Positions 1-12,882 of a stretch of DNA of 64,000 nt are shown here, in pieces. Position numbers and translations under genes: made by a program. The stretch is from Octopus bimaculoides (lineage: Eukaryota), in NCBI RefSeq assembly GCF_001194135.2, contig NC_068984.1:30273172-30337171 (forward strand). The letters run 5' to 3'. Position 1 is the stretch's first letter. Every line of letters starts with the position of its first letter. The notes under the pieces were generated by a model that searched no databases, was not told the DNA's origin, and saw only the letters and a program-made list of their open reading frames with translations.

Positions 1-1000
1 TCTATGATAATAACAAATAGTGGATTTGGCTTAATCTTCCTGTCAATATGATTTGCCATGTCTTAGAGTATTGTTCCTTTTGTTATTATCTAAGACATTG
101 TCTACTGTATCTTTGAACATTTTTTTTTCTGTAGGTATTTCATGATGTTGGTATAATTTACTTTTGGTCATGATTAGTTAACTAGAAACTATATGATTGA
201 TTGTTTCTTCACAACATTCACACAATTACACTTACATTATGTAGTTATTTTTTGGATTTTACTTCCTTACATATTTTGTTGGATTCTAAGTGGGAAAACC
301 CTGGATTTTTTGGTCTGCAGTAAAAACATCCTTTTTTTGCTTCTTATGATGTGTTAAGTTTTTGTCTTCATTTACTTCATCTTTACTTAGCATTGTCATG
401 TATTGTCCATGTAAGAGCTTTTCATGCCAACATCTTAGTATTCTGAAATCCCAGTTTTAGCTTAGCATTTAGTTATTTTAACAGTTTCTGTTGTCTCCAC
501 ATTCTACTCATTACTGTCTGTTACTTCAGCATCTTTTTTAATATTTATTGGCTTTCATGAAGAAAGAAAATGATTTATTTTTTCCATATTTTGAAGCTAT
601 TTTCATTAGCATTCTTTTATTCTTTACTAGGTATTTTCGAATTCCTACAGTGGATATTAAATAAGTTTTCCTTACAAAAGTCTTCTAGTTCCCTACATTC
701 AGAGAAAATATATTTCTGTGATACCTTTTGGTAGTGTACTCTAAATGCAGTCACATTTCTTTTTTTCTTGTTAATGTTGCTTTATCCAGTAAACTTTCAA
801 TGGAGAATACTAAAATCATAACAACACATAACTGTATCTATAATATTCCTTTCTAACTTTTTCTTTTTTTGTGTGTGCTATCCTCTGTCTATTTCATCAT
901 TTAAAAAAAATATTTGTAATTGTAATTTTATTTAGTTCTCTTGGCTGCTTTATTTGACATGATATGTTTTTTATTAATTCACCTTTCTGTAAAATGTTCT
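1..1000 (-). mobile_element. Highly decayed Dong/R4-type (RLE) non-LTR retrotransposon remnant
   Basis: Manual minus-strand translation across stops and frameshifts gives EKVRKEYYR, CECCEETINHIVSS (CCHC knuckle) and NHIDRKIKPNP. These are collinear with the better-preserved copy at 11531-12690. Confidence 0.65.
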
Positions 1001-1363
1001 CATATATTATTATAAACTAAATTTCCTATCGTTTCCTCTTCCATTGTATCATTGTACTCTCTGAAGTTGCATCCTTACTTGCTTGACATTATCATTGTGC
1101 TCCCTAATTTATCTGTCATTACATTCTGAGTTCAGAATTTTGTCAAGATTAACTTTGCCTTTCATCTGCTGGCCTTGTTCCAAAATATGGAATCATTATT
1201 ATTCTCCCTTACATCTCTTCATTTTATTTGTCATAAAGTTATTTTTTGCCTAAAAGCATTGTTTAATGTTTTTTGCTTAAAAATTTCCGTATTATTAATT
1301 TAAAATCTTAACTAATGCAGTAGTATTAGTACCATCACTGGTCTACATTTTTGCATTCTATAA

Positions 1364-1475
1364 TTCTAAAACTTTATATTTTAAAAATCTTTTACTTTCT
1401 GTGATTGGCACATTTTTACTGAAAGTACGTGATATATCAATCATTGTGTATGATCTGGCTTTCTGATCTTTTATA
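1364..1475 (-). mobile_element. Dong/R4 RLE-endonuclease fragment
   Basis: Minus strand reads IKDQKARSYTMIDISRTFSKNVPITESKRFLKYKVLE, which aligns with VRDHQEK..INVSIPADDNVSIKEMEKLSKYKDLE at 12590-12690. Confidence 0.6.
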
Positions 1476-2219
1476 AATTTATCTGATTGATTAGCTCATA
1501 TCTCTCAATCCCTTTACAGAACTAAACCCTTCAGAAGAGTCACTATCTCTTCTGTAATTCACTCACACTTGTCTTCATAGGATTTGTAAGTTGATTGAAT
1601 ATAGACTTCCCTGAGTTTTATTTTTCCTCAATAAAGATTATCTTGCTGCTTTGCTGTATATACATAATCTCACAGTAGATATAATCCATTTTCTTAAGAA
1701 GTAACCAGCCAGTGACTATAAACCAAAATGTTTCATTAAATATCCTACTTATCTAAAATATTTGTTCCATTTAATTTCTTTATTTGTGTTCCATATAGTG
1801 ATATTTCATGTGATGACATTTCTAGAGACTTGGCTCTATGGCTATATAATCGATCTTATCCATCAGTTAACAAATTTTCAAGCTGGTGCTAGTGAGCAGC
1901 AAGCAGAGGATTTAATTGCCTCAAATGGGCTTTAATAAATCTTAACCAATATTTAACATGCAAGCTGTTCATAAAATGGAATAAATTAGTCTTCCATGGA
2001 TGAGGGAAGAGGTATGTGATATTTCATGTCATGTCCTCCAGTAGAAGGGTAAGTATGAGTTGTAATTTCATATTCCTTTGATGAGATTTCTTCTACAAAA
2101 TATCAGAATTTTCTTCTTCCTCATTGCAATTAGCTTATTGCACTTGCAAACTGTTCATATTTTACTATTAGAGTCCTTGGATTTTAATATTTTACTTGAA
2201 ATATTAACATGAAATGAAG

Positions 2220-3590
2220 GTTGCAAGCTGATAGAATCATTAGCATACTGGGAAAAATGCTTAGTGGCATTTCATTTGTCATAATGTTTTGAGTTCAAAT
2301 TCTACCAAGGTTGACTTTGCTTTTCATTCTGTCAGGGTCAATAAAATAAATACCAGTTGAGTACTGGGATTGATGTAATCAACCCCACACCCCCAAACTG
2401 CTGGTCTTGTGCCAAAATTTGAAACTAATATAAACATGAAAGAATTTATTTTTCCAATGAATTGATATTACTTTTTTCTTTCCTTTTTATTTACTATATC
2501 AGTGATTCTCTTCTTAATTGTGGTAACTGATGTTGTAAATTCCTGAAAGCAATGAAACTACACTGGAAGGAGTTTTACTCTTAGCAGGTCTATCCATGTC
2601 TGAAGTGAGGGATTAAACTAAATGAAAATAAGATGTACAGATGAGGGACATATAACTTTGTCAGAGGAATCCATTGCACAATAGTCAATGATGAAAATTA
2701 CAAGATGTTGGAAGATGTAATTGAATTAATGGAACTGATCAAGGTCACCTGCTTCCAAAAGTGAACCACTGTTAACATCTACAGAGTAAGTGATTATAGA
2801 TATCATTCAACCAGAAATAAATTTCAGTCAGAGCAGGCTTAGTTCAACACTGCTGCTAAGATTTGTTTCTGTTTGAATTACTGTGCAGTTTATGACGCTG
2901 TTGATATCCTTATTTCTGATGGAGACCTTGTGGTTGTTTATTTGTGATTGAATCTTGAGAGTTGTGGATTGGCAGAATCATTAGAGGGTTCGGCAATGTT
3001 CCTTGTAGTAATTGTTCTTTTTTTTCACTTTCTAAATTCAAATCCTGCTGAAGCCAAATTTGATTTTTTTCCTTTTAGGGTTAGTAAAGTTAGATACCAG
3101 TCAAATACTAGGATTAACTTTATTGACTAACCTTACCATCCAAATGAGTGGTTCTGTATCTGTCTGAAAAATGATTGAAAATATTAAAAACAAAAGAAAG
3201 AAATTCTAATTAGAAGGTGGATCAGCAGCGTAATTAGAATTTTGGGAAAAATAAATGCCTTGTGGTATTTGTTCTGGCTCTTTATATTCTGATTTCAAAT
3301 CTCACCAAGGTCGTCTTTGACCTTTACTCATTCAAAGTTGATAAATGAGGTACCAGTCAAATACTGAGGGTGATGATATTAACTAACCCTGTCCCTCCAA
3401 ATTGCTGGATGTGTGCTTAAATTAGATACCATTGCTATTATAGTAGTAAAAGCAATGAGTTAACAGAATTGTTACTCTACCCAGCAAAATGGGTCGATAA
3501 AGTGAGTATCAGTGAAACACTGGGGTTGATGTAATTGACGTGTCCCCTCCCCACAAATTTCAGGCATTATGCTTTTAGTAGAAAGGATTA
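2220..3590 (+). mobile_element. Cluster of four decayed copies of tRNA-derived SINE family A (about 2220-2425, 2965-3140, 3225-3435, 3445-3590)
   Basis: Shared GAGTTCAAAT B-box-like motif, ttgactttgc-tttca body, taccagt..tactg, and (ATT)n-like tails; same family as 52318-53212. Confidence 0.75.
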
Positions 3591-4229
3591 TTATTATTAT
3601 TATTATAATTATAATTATTATTATAGTAGTAGTAGTAATATGTATTAGAAATAGCCAAGAATGAGTTAGAATATTCCAGGCTACCAAGAGTTACTTACTC
3701 AAGCCTATATAGTGAGTGAATAATGAATGAATAACATTTTTTCATTCCAATTTATCATTCTGTGGTTTATCATTCCATGGTTTATCATTCGAATTTATCA
3801 TACACTTGTTCATGTTAATCAAATCATGTTAGAATCAACGTTGACTTTTGTTTGTCTGATTTTGAAATGTAAATCTTAACAAGATACCAGAAATGAATAA
3901 ATCAATTATGTCTTTTATATGAGCAAAATAATCTTTGTACATAGACAAAAGGAAATGATTATTTTACTGGAAAGTTTTAGAAGATAATGAGTTAGTTTTT
4001 AAATGAGGCTCTGGAAAATCTGATATCAAGAAGACCTGTTGTATCCTTGTGGGAGTGTAAGCTCAACAGATGAATATCTGAAATGTTATTTCAAATGACT
4101 TGTATAACAGTGAAGACTAGAATATATAGATTAGATTGCAAGAGGTTATCATTATCCTCAATGTTATAATCCTCCCCATTGTCATGGTCATTGTCAATGT
4201 CCACGTACTCATAACCATCACTGTCACCA

Positions 4230-4625
4230 TCATATTCATTGTCCTCATCATTGTAGTGGTCACTTTTCCATGCCTGCATGGGTTAAATGGAGTTTGTTGT
4301 GGGTTAAATGGGTGAAATGGAATTCACAGGTGGATGCTCTTCTTGTCACCAACATGCATCTGATTTCAAGCAAGGATATATTTCCCTATGGCCAGATATG
4401 TTTTTCATAGAAGACTGGACATGAACAACATTGCTTGTATGACAGCCAGACTCATTTATGATCATCACATGATGCCAAGACAACAGTATGCATACATACA
4501 CAAATGCATAATAAATCCATGCTCAAGGCTTCAGTCAGCTGAAGGCTTTAGTTGAAGACAATTGCAGTTGGACTAAACCTAAACCTATATAGTTCTTAAA
4601 CAAGCTTCTTAACTACACAGCCACA
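4230..4625 (-). mobile_element. Decayed SINE with family B tRNA-like head and family C (GAT)n-type 3' end
   Basis: Minus strand begins gtggctgtgtagttaagaagcttg (cf. 46892) and ends aacccatgcaggcatggaaaag plus a degenerate GAT-rich tail. Confidence 0.55.
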
Positions 4626-5239
4626 GAGGTGATGAAAATAAAGCAAAGAAAAGATTTTTTTTTCTTATCATTTTGACAAAGAACTATGTTCTTTTAAGAT
4701 ATTTTTGAAGTGGATTTTGGTGAGGAACATGAATATTGCTTTTGGAAACTTTTAAGACATAGAGAAGGCTTCAATTGTTTTTCTTTAATTTTTGGCTGAT
4801 TGCTGGAAAGAATGCCTTGTATGATTTATTCTTTGTTTGAGCAGAGTTCAAATCTCACCAGGGTCAGTTTTGCATTTCATCTATTTGGGGCTAATGAATA
4901 AAGAATCTTACAGTTAAATTGCTACTTCATTTTCTATCAATTCTATTGCTTCGATAATGAATTTACTCCATTTAGTTGTGTTTTAATTTTCTATATTTTC
5001 TATAGAAATCAAGGGAATATTTGTATAGCAGAGAGTGATGTGGTTTAGTTCTGCAGGTTATGAGTTGATAGCTAAACTTCATAACATTAACAGACTGAGT
5101 AAAATGGTTAAGGAAAACAGCAGAATAAAATAAACATCGACTGATTTTTACATTAAGAGCAATGCTCATTAAGTGAGAATTAATCTTAAATGTTGCTGCA
5201 AGCTAGTTGTATTTAATAAAAGGAGAGAACAATAAAGAA

Positions 5240-5740
5240 ATATTCGATGATGATCAGTATAAATTAGGCTCTGCAGATGGCAAGATAACATACAGAGGCA
5301 TCCAGTGAGAAGATATTCTATAAAACTGCTCAGCTGGCTGTTAACAGCATGAACGATACATAGCTGAATGGACTTTTACCCAATATTATAAAGACAATGA
5401 TTTGGAGATAAGAAATAAAATATTATTAGTAATACTGTGAAAATTCCTTAAGAAGCAAATACTAATTACAACTAAATGAGTATCAATAATTTAAAGCTGA
5501 AAATTATTAATTTACATTGGAATAAAAATAAACAGAAACAAAACCATTGCCTTGGAGCAAACCAAATCAGCATAATTTAGTAATCTAGTGAAGTGTAGGA
5601 ATACAGTATGTTAACAAAAAAAAAAAACCAAGCTTATCAAATGGACAGAACAAAAGCTCCAACAATCAACAAGAAGTTAGAGTTGCAATCAGAAACAGTT
5701 ACTGTAAGAGACTACCTTCATATTTTTATATTATGCATTC
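5240..5740 (+). mobile_element. Very decayed Dong/R4-like LINE 3' end
   Basis: Patchy similarity: KLELQSETVTVRDYLHIF resembles the LQIKFLSGTIKICNNFLKF terminus at 41986-42050; many stops. Confidence 0.35.
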
Positions 5741-7799
5741 ATATCAGAATTATATACAATGCAAGTGAGTTTATTTTTGTTTGTTTTAGTTTTCAAGAGA
5801 AATGTTGTATTGAGATAGTGAAACAGAAAGCAAGTTACCATGGGAACTGATATTAATTGCAATGTGCATTTAAATTTTTATTATTCATGTAGTTTTTGTG
5901 CTTATTTATTGTTTTGTTTTAGGTGAATTTTAAAAATAAATTTATATTTTTATAATTTGATTTGCTTTTTGTCTCATTTATGGTTCTGTTAAATTTCCAT
6001 TTCTATACTCTACATTTAATACAGTTTCCTCCTTCAACAATAAATTGCCAGAACATGTTTAAAATTGGGCTGAAAAATCAATAAGTCCCTCTTATATTTT
6101 CTTTTTACTTATTTCTGTGTTTTCTTATTTATGGTGATATTCTACATAATTATATAACTATGTAATTTGGAGATCAGCACGCTACTTGTAGTTTTCTCCG
6201 CTTGCAGTTTAGCTAATGAGTGCAGCCTGTTAGATAATTTCATCTACTAACCTTCCAAAGCCACTTAATTGCACAGTTTGTAGAAAATGATTATATGTTC
6301 TGGCAATCAATGGCTAAAATTCATATTTGTCATATGTCCTTCAACAGAATTTAATAATGCAGGGTTGCTGAAGGAGCTTTTGTCATATAGTATATTTTAG
6401 ATTAACAATTATATATATTCTAGTGGCTCAGTATCATATTTTTATATTAAAATCAGAAATATACCTAAGAAATATGGACAAAACATTAGGTTTCTAATCA
6501 ATAGGATTTTAAACAAGGAAACTGAGCTAAGGGAACTAACTAAAATATGCCAATGGCATGGTTTGAAATAAACTAAAAATGGATGGATGTACTGAATGAC
6601 ATGTGCAAAAAAATTCTTAATGAATTGAAATATTCTCCTTCGTTGGAAAAGGCTCACAAAATTCTAGTAGCGTTCATTAGTGACACAAAAGAAAGGGGGA
6701 GATAATTTCAATAAGGCTGCAGTATTAACATCCTACAGGCATTTTGAACAATGAATGTTTAAGTAATGTAACCACGATGATATTGTAAGAATTACTTTTG
6801 ATGTTTGGATTATTTGATAAATAAGAATGTTTAAGACATGGGGAGCAAACCAGAATTTTTATAGCAATTTACATGGACTTTATCAGCTTCATGTATCCCG
6901 GGTTTAAGAAGAATTAAAGTTTTGGTGAAAGCCTTTTCTCTAGGAGTAAGATCCCTACTTAAAACCTGGAATATTATATATATAGAGCAATCTAACATCT
7001 TAGATATAAAGACGTTATTGCTTGCTTCCTATTTTCCATCTGCTATAGATTCTGACTGCCAGAGAAGTGCAATAAATAAGGATCTGGAATCAATCACTTT
7101 CAAATAAAATATGTTTGATTTGATCTGTTTGTAACAATTGAAATTATTTATGGAAAGATGTACTACCAAAACTGTCAATAAAACAAAATGCATGACAAAT
7201 ATTTGTTTGGTGAGCACAGCCATGCACACACACACACACCCAATGGTTGCAACTCAGTATCAAGCAATGTCATCTCTTAAATTTAATTGTTCTCTTAAAG
7301 CAGCATGGATGTGGCTTTTCAATTTTTCAATACTGCTTCAGACCTGCACACTTTTGCACAGATGTGGCCATGATGGGCACCTCTGGAAACAAGTGTTCAT
7401 AGAATTACCACCTATGTTGACACATTCCTTAATTCTATCATGAAATTTTCCATTTAGCATTTTGCCTTTTTTAGTTACTGTCAGTCATATTATACAACAC
7501 ATAGAAATGTTAGAAAAATTCATCCTATGCCAGAGGATTTTGTTTAAGTAATGGAAGACCTTGTAGTGAGCCAACCCCTCATCTAAACAACGTGTTCATT
7601 TTCTGAAAAGAACAAGATTGTGTCACTGAAAGCTAAAAAAGCCACTGGTATTATTTCAGAGTTTTCCTTGTCCTATAGAGGTATCCAAAGAAAGATTAAG
7701 TGATGCCTAGCTATTGGATGGCTGTTGAGCCTACTGAGATTTTATTTCTTGTTCTGTAGGGTATACATACAATTCAACATGTGCAGCTGTTTCTTCAGA

Positions 7800-7920
7800 C
7801 ACATTGTTTTTTTTTTCTCTCTCCATCTGTTTCCTCTTCTCATTCCTTTCTGTAGAAAAGTCTACGCTCGAAATGTTAAAGAGTTCTATTTCTCCTGAAT
7901 GCCAAACTTATACATCCTCT
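7800..7920 (+). mobile_element. Decayed fragment of the PLE-like family seen at 31980-32160, with damaged hammerhead-like motif (7846-7881)
   Basis: cttt-CTGTAGA-a...gctc-GAA-atgt-t-aaag matches the minus-strand motif at 32078-32113. Confidence 0.55.
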
Positions 7921-8983
7921 TCCTTGTTCCTTCACTTGTCTCTGACTTTTGTGTTTCACTTTTTGTACCATTTTGAATCATATATGGGTCTGTGTATGAT
8001 GATGATGACGGCTTTCCCCTCATGACCAAGGAAGACTATCACTGGTCATTGCCTATGCAAAATTCCAGCAATGTCCATCCAAGGGGTTCACATTCACAGC
8101 TTCCATACTCACCATGGCACCCTTCTGCTCAACAAGGAATCTGATAGGCACCTCACTGACAATTGCACAACCTAAAATTTTGGGTGTAATAAGGCTTTCA
8201 CAGAAGCTCACAAGCCCTCTCCACCCATACTGACATGACCCAGAGACAGGCCAGGGCAAGATATCCAGTTTTAAAATGGATCACAGGCTCAGAGGTGTGG
8301 GAGTGCCATAATCTCAAGCACAAGTAAAACATCTTCAAAATGTTCAATGCCTTTCCCGACATATTTCATTTTATATGACAGAGTGATTATCTGCTAGAGA
8401 CATGCTTTAGCAAATGGTAAGGCGTACTTCACTCCCAGTGGTTCTCCAGCATGCTGGACACCAACTCAAAATTTCTGAGAACTTGTGCTATTGACAGATA
8501 GTTCTTGAACCAACACTAGGTTCATCTGTCCTCTTGACAGATTTTGTTTTAAGTCCTGCTGGGTTTCTAGTAACCACCCCATCATCATGATGACCTAAAC
8601 AGGCAACAGGTTCTATTGGATTTCATTTTACCAGTAGCTCTCATGGGAGGCCTCACAATTGACCTTGCACATGCGCGCGCACACGCACACATAGGTGGCC
8701 TAGTGGTTTGGATGTTGCACTCACTATTATTAGATTATGGGTTTGACTCCCAGACTGAGCAGTGCATTGTGATCTTGAGCAAAACACTTCATTTCATGTT
8801 ATTTTGCAATCCTTTGACATCTGACATGGGGCATACTTGTGCACATATATATATCGATTTGTTGTGGCGGGAGTGAACTAATGTACAACACATACATTTG
8901 ATCACTATAAGCAAATCATTTGTGCAGGTTGTTCAGCAAAATGGCTGAACACTCATACATTGTACCTTTGACAGTAGAGCTTA

Positions 8984-9014
<31 letters not shown>

Positions 9015-9396
9015 ATTTACTTTATATTTTTCTGATTATTTAAAATTTTTTTGTGTATTTTATTTATTTTTACATTTTGTTTTATTTTTCTGCATTTATC
9101 CACTGATTCTGTGTCTGAATTTGTATCGGTATATGGGCACTGCTCCATCAAAGTAAATCATTAATGCCAACAGGCTGAGTACATCAATAGTCCATAAATA
9201 TATATAGGGCCAGCTTGCACTCCGTAGTAGAATTCTTAATGATCATGATTCATTCTAATGACTAATTTGTTAGTTCTTTTCTCAGCGCCCTTGTACATAT
9301 GGGTATTCATATGCATATATAATTATATATATGAAATTATATATATATTTCTGCTGCTTTTAAATAAAGTATATATGTAAATTATATATATGAAAT

Positions 9397-9427
<31 letters not shown>

Positions 9428-9875
9428 GCGTTATGTTTTACTTGTTTCTGTAATTAGACTGCAGCCATGTTGGGGCTGCCACCTTTATTTATAAAATTAT
9501 ATATAGTATACACATCAGAGAATTAATCTTATTCTGATAATGGGAGCTGCCCCTGGATTTCATATACCACAGATATGCTTTTCCATTAGCAATGGAATTA
9601 CAAGTCCACTATATTGTATAGTGGTAAGCTAGTGAGAGTCACAAGATAATCATTTATTCCTTTGTCATCTTTTTCTTTTTTGCATATATATATATATATA
9701 GAAATACAGACAGTCTGATAGATAGATAGATTGACAGACGTATACATAGATATTTCTATGTATACATTATATGCATATTAATGTTGATGTAATATCTGTT
9801 ATGTGATTAACAAGATAATGAAGGATCTGTAAATGAGCAAAATAATGATCTACTCTCTCACCTCACCTCACTTCT

Positions 9876-9908
<33 letters not shown>

Positions 9909-10140
9909 TTTAAGTTTGTTCATGGGTAACTGTTTTGAATGCACTTGTGAAAAGCTCCTAAAGGCGCAAGAATAGCTGTGTGTTAAGTAGCTTGCTTATC
10001 AACCACAAGGTTTCGGGTTCAGTCCCACTGTGTGGTACCTTGGGCAAGTGTCCTCTACTATATCCTTGGGCCAACCAAAGCCTTGTGAGTGGATTTGGTA
10101 GACAGAAACTGAAAGAAGCCCATCATATAAATATGTATAT

Positions 10141-10749
10141 GTTGGTTGTTTTTCCTCGCATTAGGTACTAAATGTGGTTATTTTGAGAAGTCCACTGTGT
10201 GGCGTTATTATTTTTCTGTAATAATGCCCTTTATATAAATATAAACGAATAATTATATTCGTGGGAATAGAAATTTCCCTTATGAATGTTTTTACACACT
10301 GGCTTCTTGATAAAATTCTTGTAAAAGAGTTTTATCCCTTTTTGAATTTATTTATCAAATATATACACGGAATATATTCAATGTTGTATTTTTATTCCTG
10401 TCTCCACATGGGTACCCAAAAGCAACCCGGAAGTATTCCCGCTTCTTTGATGAAGATATATACAGATAAACTTCATTCCCTTTACTCTGTCGGATACGTA
10501 GTGTGTTCGTTTTTGGTGAGGTGAGAATTCTGTTTATTTATATATATTTTGGGGACAATACTGTGCTGATGAACGAAATCTAGATTCATTCTAGTAATCG
10601 CGAAATCGGTCGATACACAGTTAAGTTTATTTAAAAGAAAGTTGGTCGTCTTCTGTTGGTTGTTTTTCCTCGCATTAGGTACTAAATGTGATTGTTTTGA
10701 GAAGTCCACTGTGTGGCGTTATTATTTTTCTGTAATAATAATGCCCTTT
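10141..10749 (+). mobile_element. ORF-less partial-tandem (about 1.2-mer, 514-bp period) Penelope-like/retrozyme-like element
   Basis: About 100-bp direct repeats at 10141-10241 and 10655-10759; flanking 16-bp duplication atataaatatgtatat (10125-10140, 10750-10765); internal hammerhead. Confidence 0.7.
10560..10621 (+). ncRNA. Type I hammerhead ribozyme motif
   Basis: Stem I actgtg/cacagt (6 bp); CTGATGA; stem II cga/tcg plus ctaga/tctag; GAAA; stem III atc/gat with GGTC loop; AUA cleavage triplet; A-C mismatch at 10.1-11.1. Confidence 0.8.
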
Positions 10750-11270
10750 ATATAAATATGTATATATATATATATATGTGTGCGTGTGTGCATGTGTGTT
10801 TGTGTGTCTGTGTTTGTCCCCCCCACCAAACATCACTTGACAACCGATGTTGGTGTGTTTACCTCCCCGCAACTTAGCAGTTCCGCAAAAGGGACCGATA
10901 GAATAAGTACTAGATTTACAAAGAATAAGCCCTGAGGTCGATTTGCTTGACTAAAAGCAGTGCTTCGGCATGGGCACAGTCAAATGACTGAAACAAGTAA
11001 AAGAGTAAAGAGTAAGAGTATGCTATTTATTCTGGTTACTGTTTATAATTTCCATCTTCCAGAGTAATTTTATGCAATGGCTATTAGTCTGGTACTGCTA
11101 TAGCATAGGATGAATATAATAATAAGAACTTTCGGATGGAAATTCATAAATCCTGTAATGTCTTGTGTACATGTTTGGATACCTTTCCTAATACCAACCA
11201 CTTTACAGAGTATACAGGATGCTTTTTATGTTTCACTGACACAGGCACTTTTACACAATGAAAATAGTAA

Positions 11271-11271
11271 C

Positions 11272-11316
<45 letters not shown>
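11271..11316. repeat. (AAT)n microsatellite at the 5' junction of the Dong/R4 insertion
   Basis: Directly visible; source of the poly-N and poly-Y ORFs. Confidence 0.95.
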
Positions 11317-11317
<1 letters not shown>

Positions 11318-11530
11318 TAGAAAGGATTGAGGTAACTCCTCCTGAAGATATAGAGTTAAAGTTAAAAGAAGAGTGCCATTGTTATCTAGTGAACGATATT
11401 TCGACATCTTGTGTGTTTTGAACGGGTTCAAAAAGTAAATTTGTCAATCTACTCCATTTGGTTTAATATAGAAAGGATTGAGGTAACTCCTCCTGAAGAT
11501 ATAGAGTCAGAGTTAAAAGAAGAGTGCCCT

Positions 11531-12690
11531 GGCACTCTTATTTGACAAATTAGACAAAACCAGACATACAAATACTTAGGAATCAATGAACTAAGTACGA
11601 TACAACACACACAAATGAAAGAGAAAATTAAAAAAAGAATACTATAGATGAGTTAGATTAATACTGAAAACAGAGCTCAATGCGAAAAACAAGATAATAT
11701 GTATCAACACTCTAGCCATCCCAGTTATAAGTTACAGCTACAATATCCTTAACTAGACACTAAATGAACTAATCAAAATAGACAGGAAAACCAGAAAAAT
11801 AATGGCAGGATTTAGGATGCACTAACAAAGATCTGACACAGAAAGGTTATATATACAATGTATAAAAGGTGGTAGAGGCCTTATACAGCTAGAAAACTAT
11901 TACAAAATAACCACTATAAGACTACAAAAATACCTACTTCAGAAGTAAGGAAAGCTAATACAAATAGCCACAAAACACAAACAAAAAAAAACTGTTTTCA
12001 GTCTTTAGGGAAGCTGACAAATACAAAAAAGAAGTCATAGTACCTAACAACTATGAAGAAAAAGAAGAAACAACAAAAGCTGTAAAACAACTGAAATCCA
12101 AACTAAAACTGGTACAGCAATGGATTATGGTAAAACGATGGCAAGAAAAGCCCCTTCGTGGAAAATACTGAGCTAAACTAAATGCAAAAGAAATAGACAA
12201 AGCAAAATCTGCAAAATGGTGAAGAAGCTCAAGATTCAAAGTAGAGACTGAAGGAATCTTAATTGCCTTACAAGACCAAAGCCTCTCCACCAGAAATTGC
12301 CAAAAACATATAATGAAAGGAACGTGACAAGTAACTGCAGAATATGTGGAGATGGACAAGAAACAATAAACCATATTGTCTCTGACTGCCAAGTCCTGGC
12401 TAAGAAAGAATATATTCACAGACACGACAGAGTTGGGATCTGTATACACCGGAAGCTATGCTAAAACTATGGAATAAAAGCAGAAAAAAGATGGTATAGG
12501 TACATGCCATAAAATGAGAAAGCAATCATACTATGGTATATGCCAATACACACAGTTAGAGGAATTAAGGCCAATAGGCCGGATATAGTTGTCAGAGATC
12601 ATCAAGAAAAAAATACTTTCTAATTAATGTATCAATACCAGCAGATGACAACGTTTCCATAAAAGAAATGGAGAAACTTTCAAAATACAA
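11531..12690 (+). mobile_element. 5'-truncated, inactivated Dong/R4 LINE (RT C-terminus, CCHC knuckle, RLE endonuclease)
   Basis: YKYLGINE, RLYIQCIKGGRGL, CRICGDGQETINHIVSDCQVLAKKEYIHRHD, ANRPDIVVRD and EKLSKYKDLE, with stops and frameshifts; 3' end lost at a (GT)n/(TA)n tract. Confidence 0.9.
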
Positions 12691-12882
12691 AGACCTGGAA
12701 ATGCGTGTGTGCATGTGTATATGTGTGCGTGTGTGTATGTATGTATACTTGGGTGTGTGTGAGTGCGTGTTGTGTATGTGTAGGAGTTATATATATATAT
12801 ATGATAACGTTAGGGAATTACAAAATCCGAACTTACAAGGAAATAAAATTTGATAATATCAAATTGAGTTATATATTAAAAA

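Larger units (their letters stand above)
9962..11020 (+). mobile_element. tRNA-derived CORE-type SINE family B, split by an insertion in its internal microsatellite
   Basis: Head 9962-10140 (ggttcagtcccactg, accttgggcaagtgtc CORE-like motif) and tail 10790-11020 both match the copy at 46882-47408. Confidence 0.85.

Noticed and set aside
3730-3830. Irregular tttatcattc repeats
   Set aside because: Small degenerate minisatellite with no further structure.
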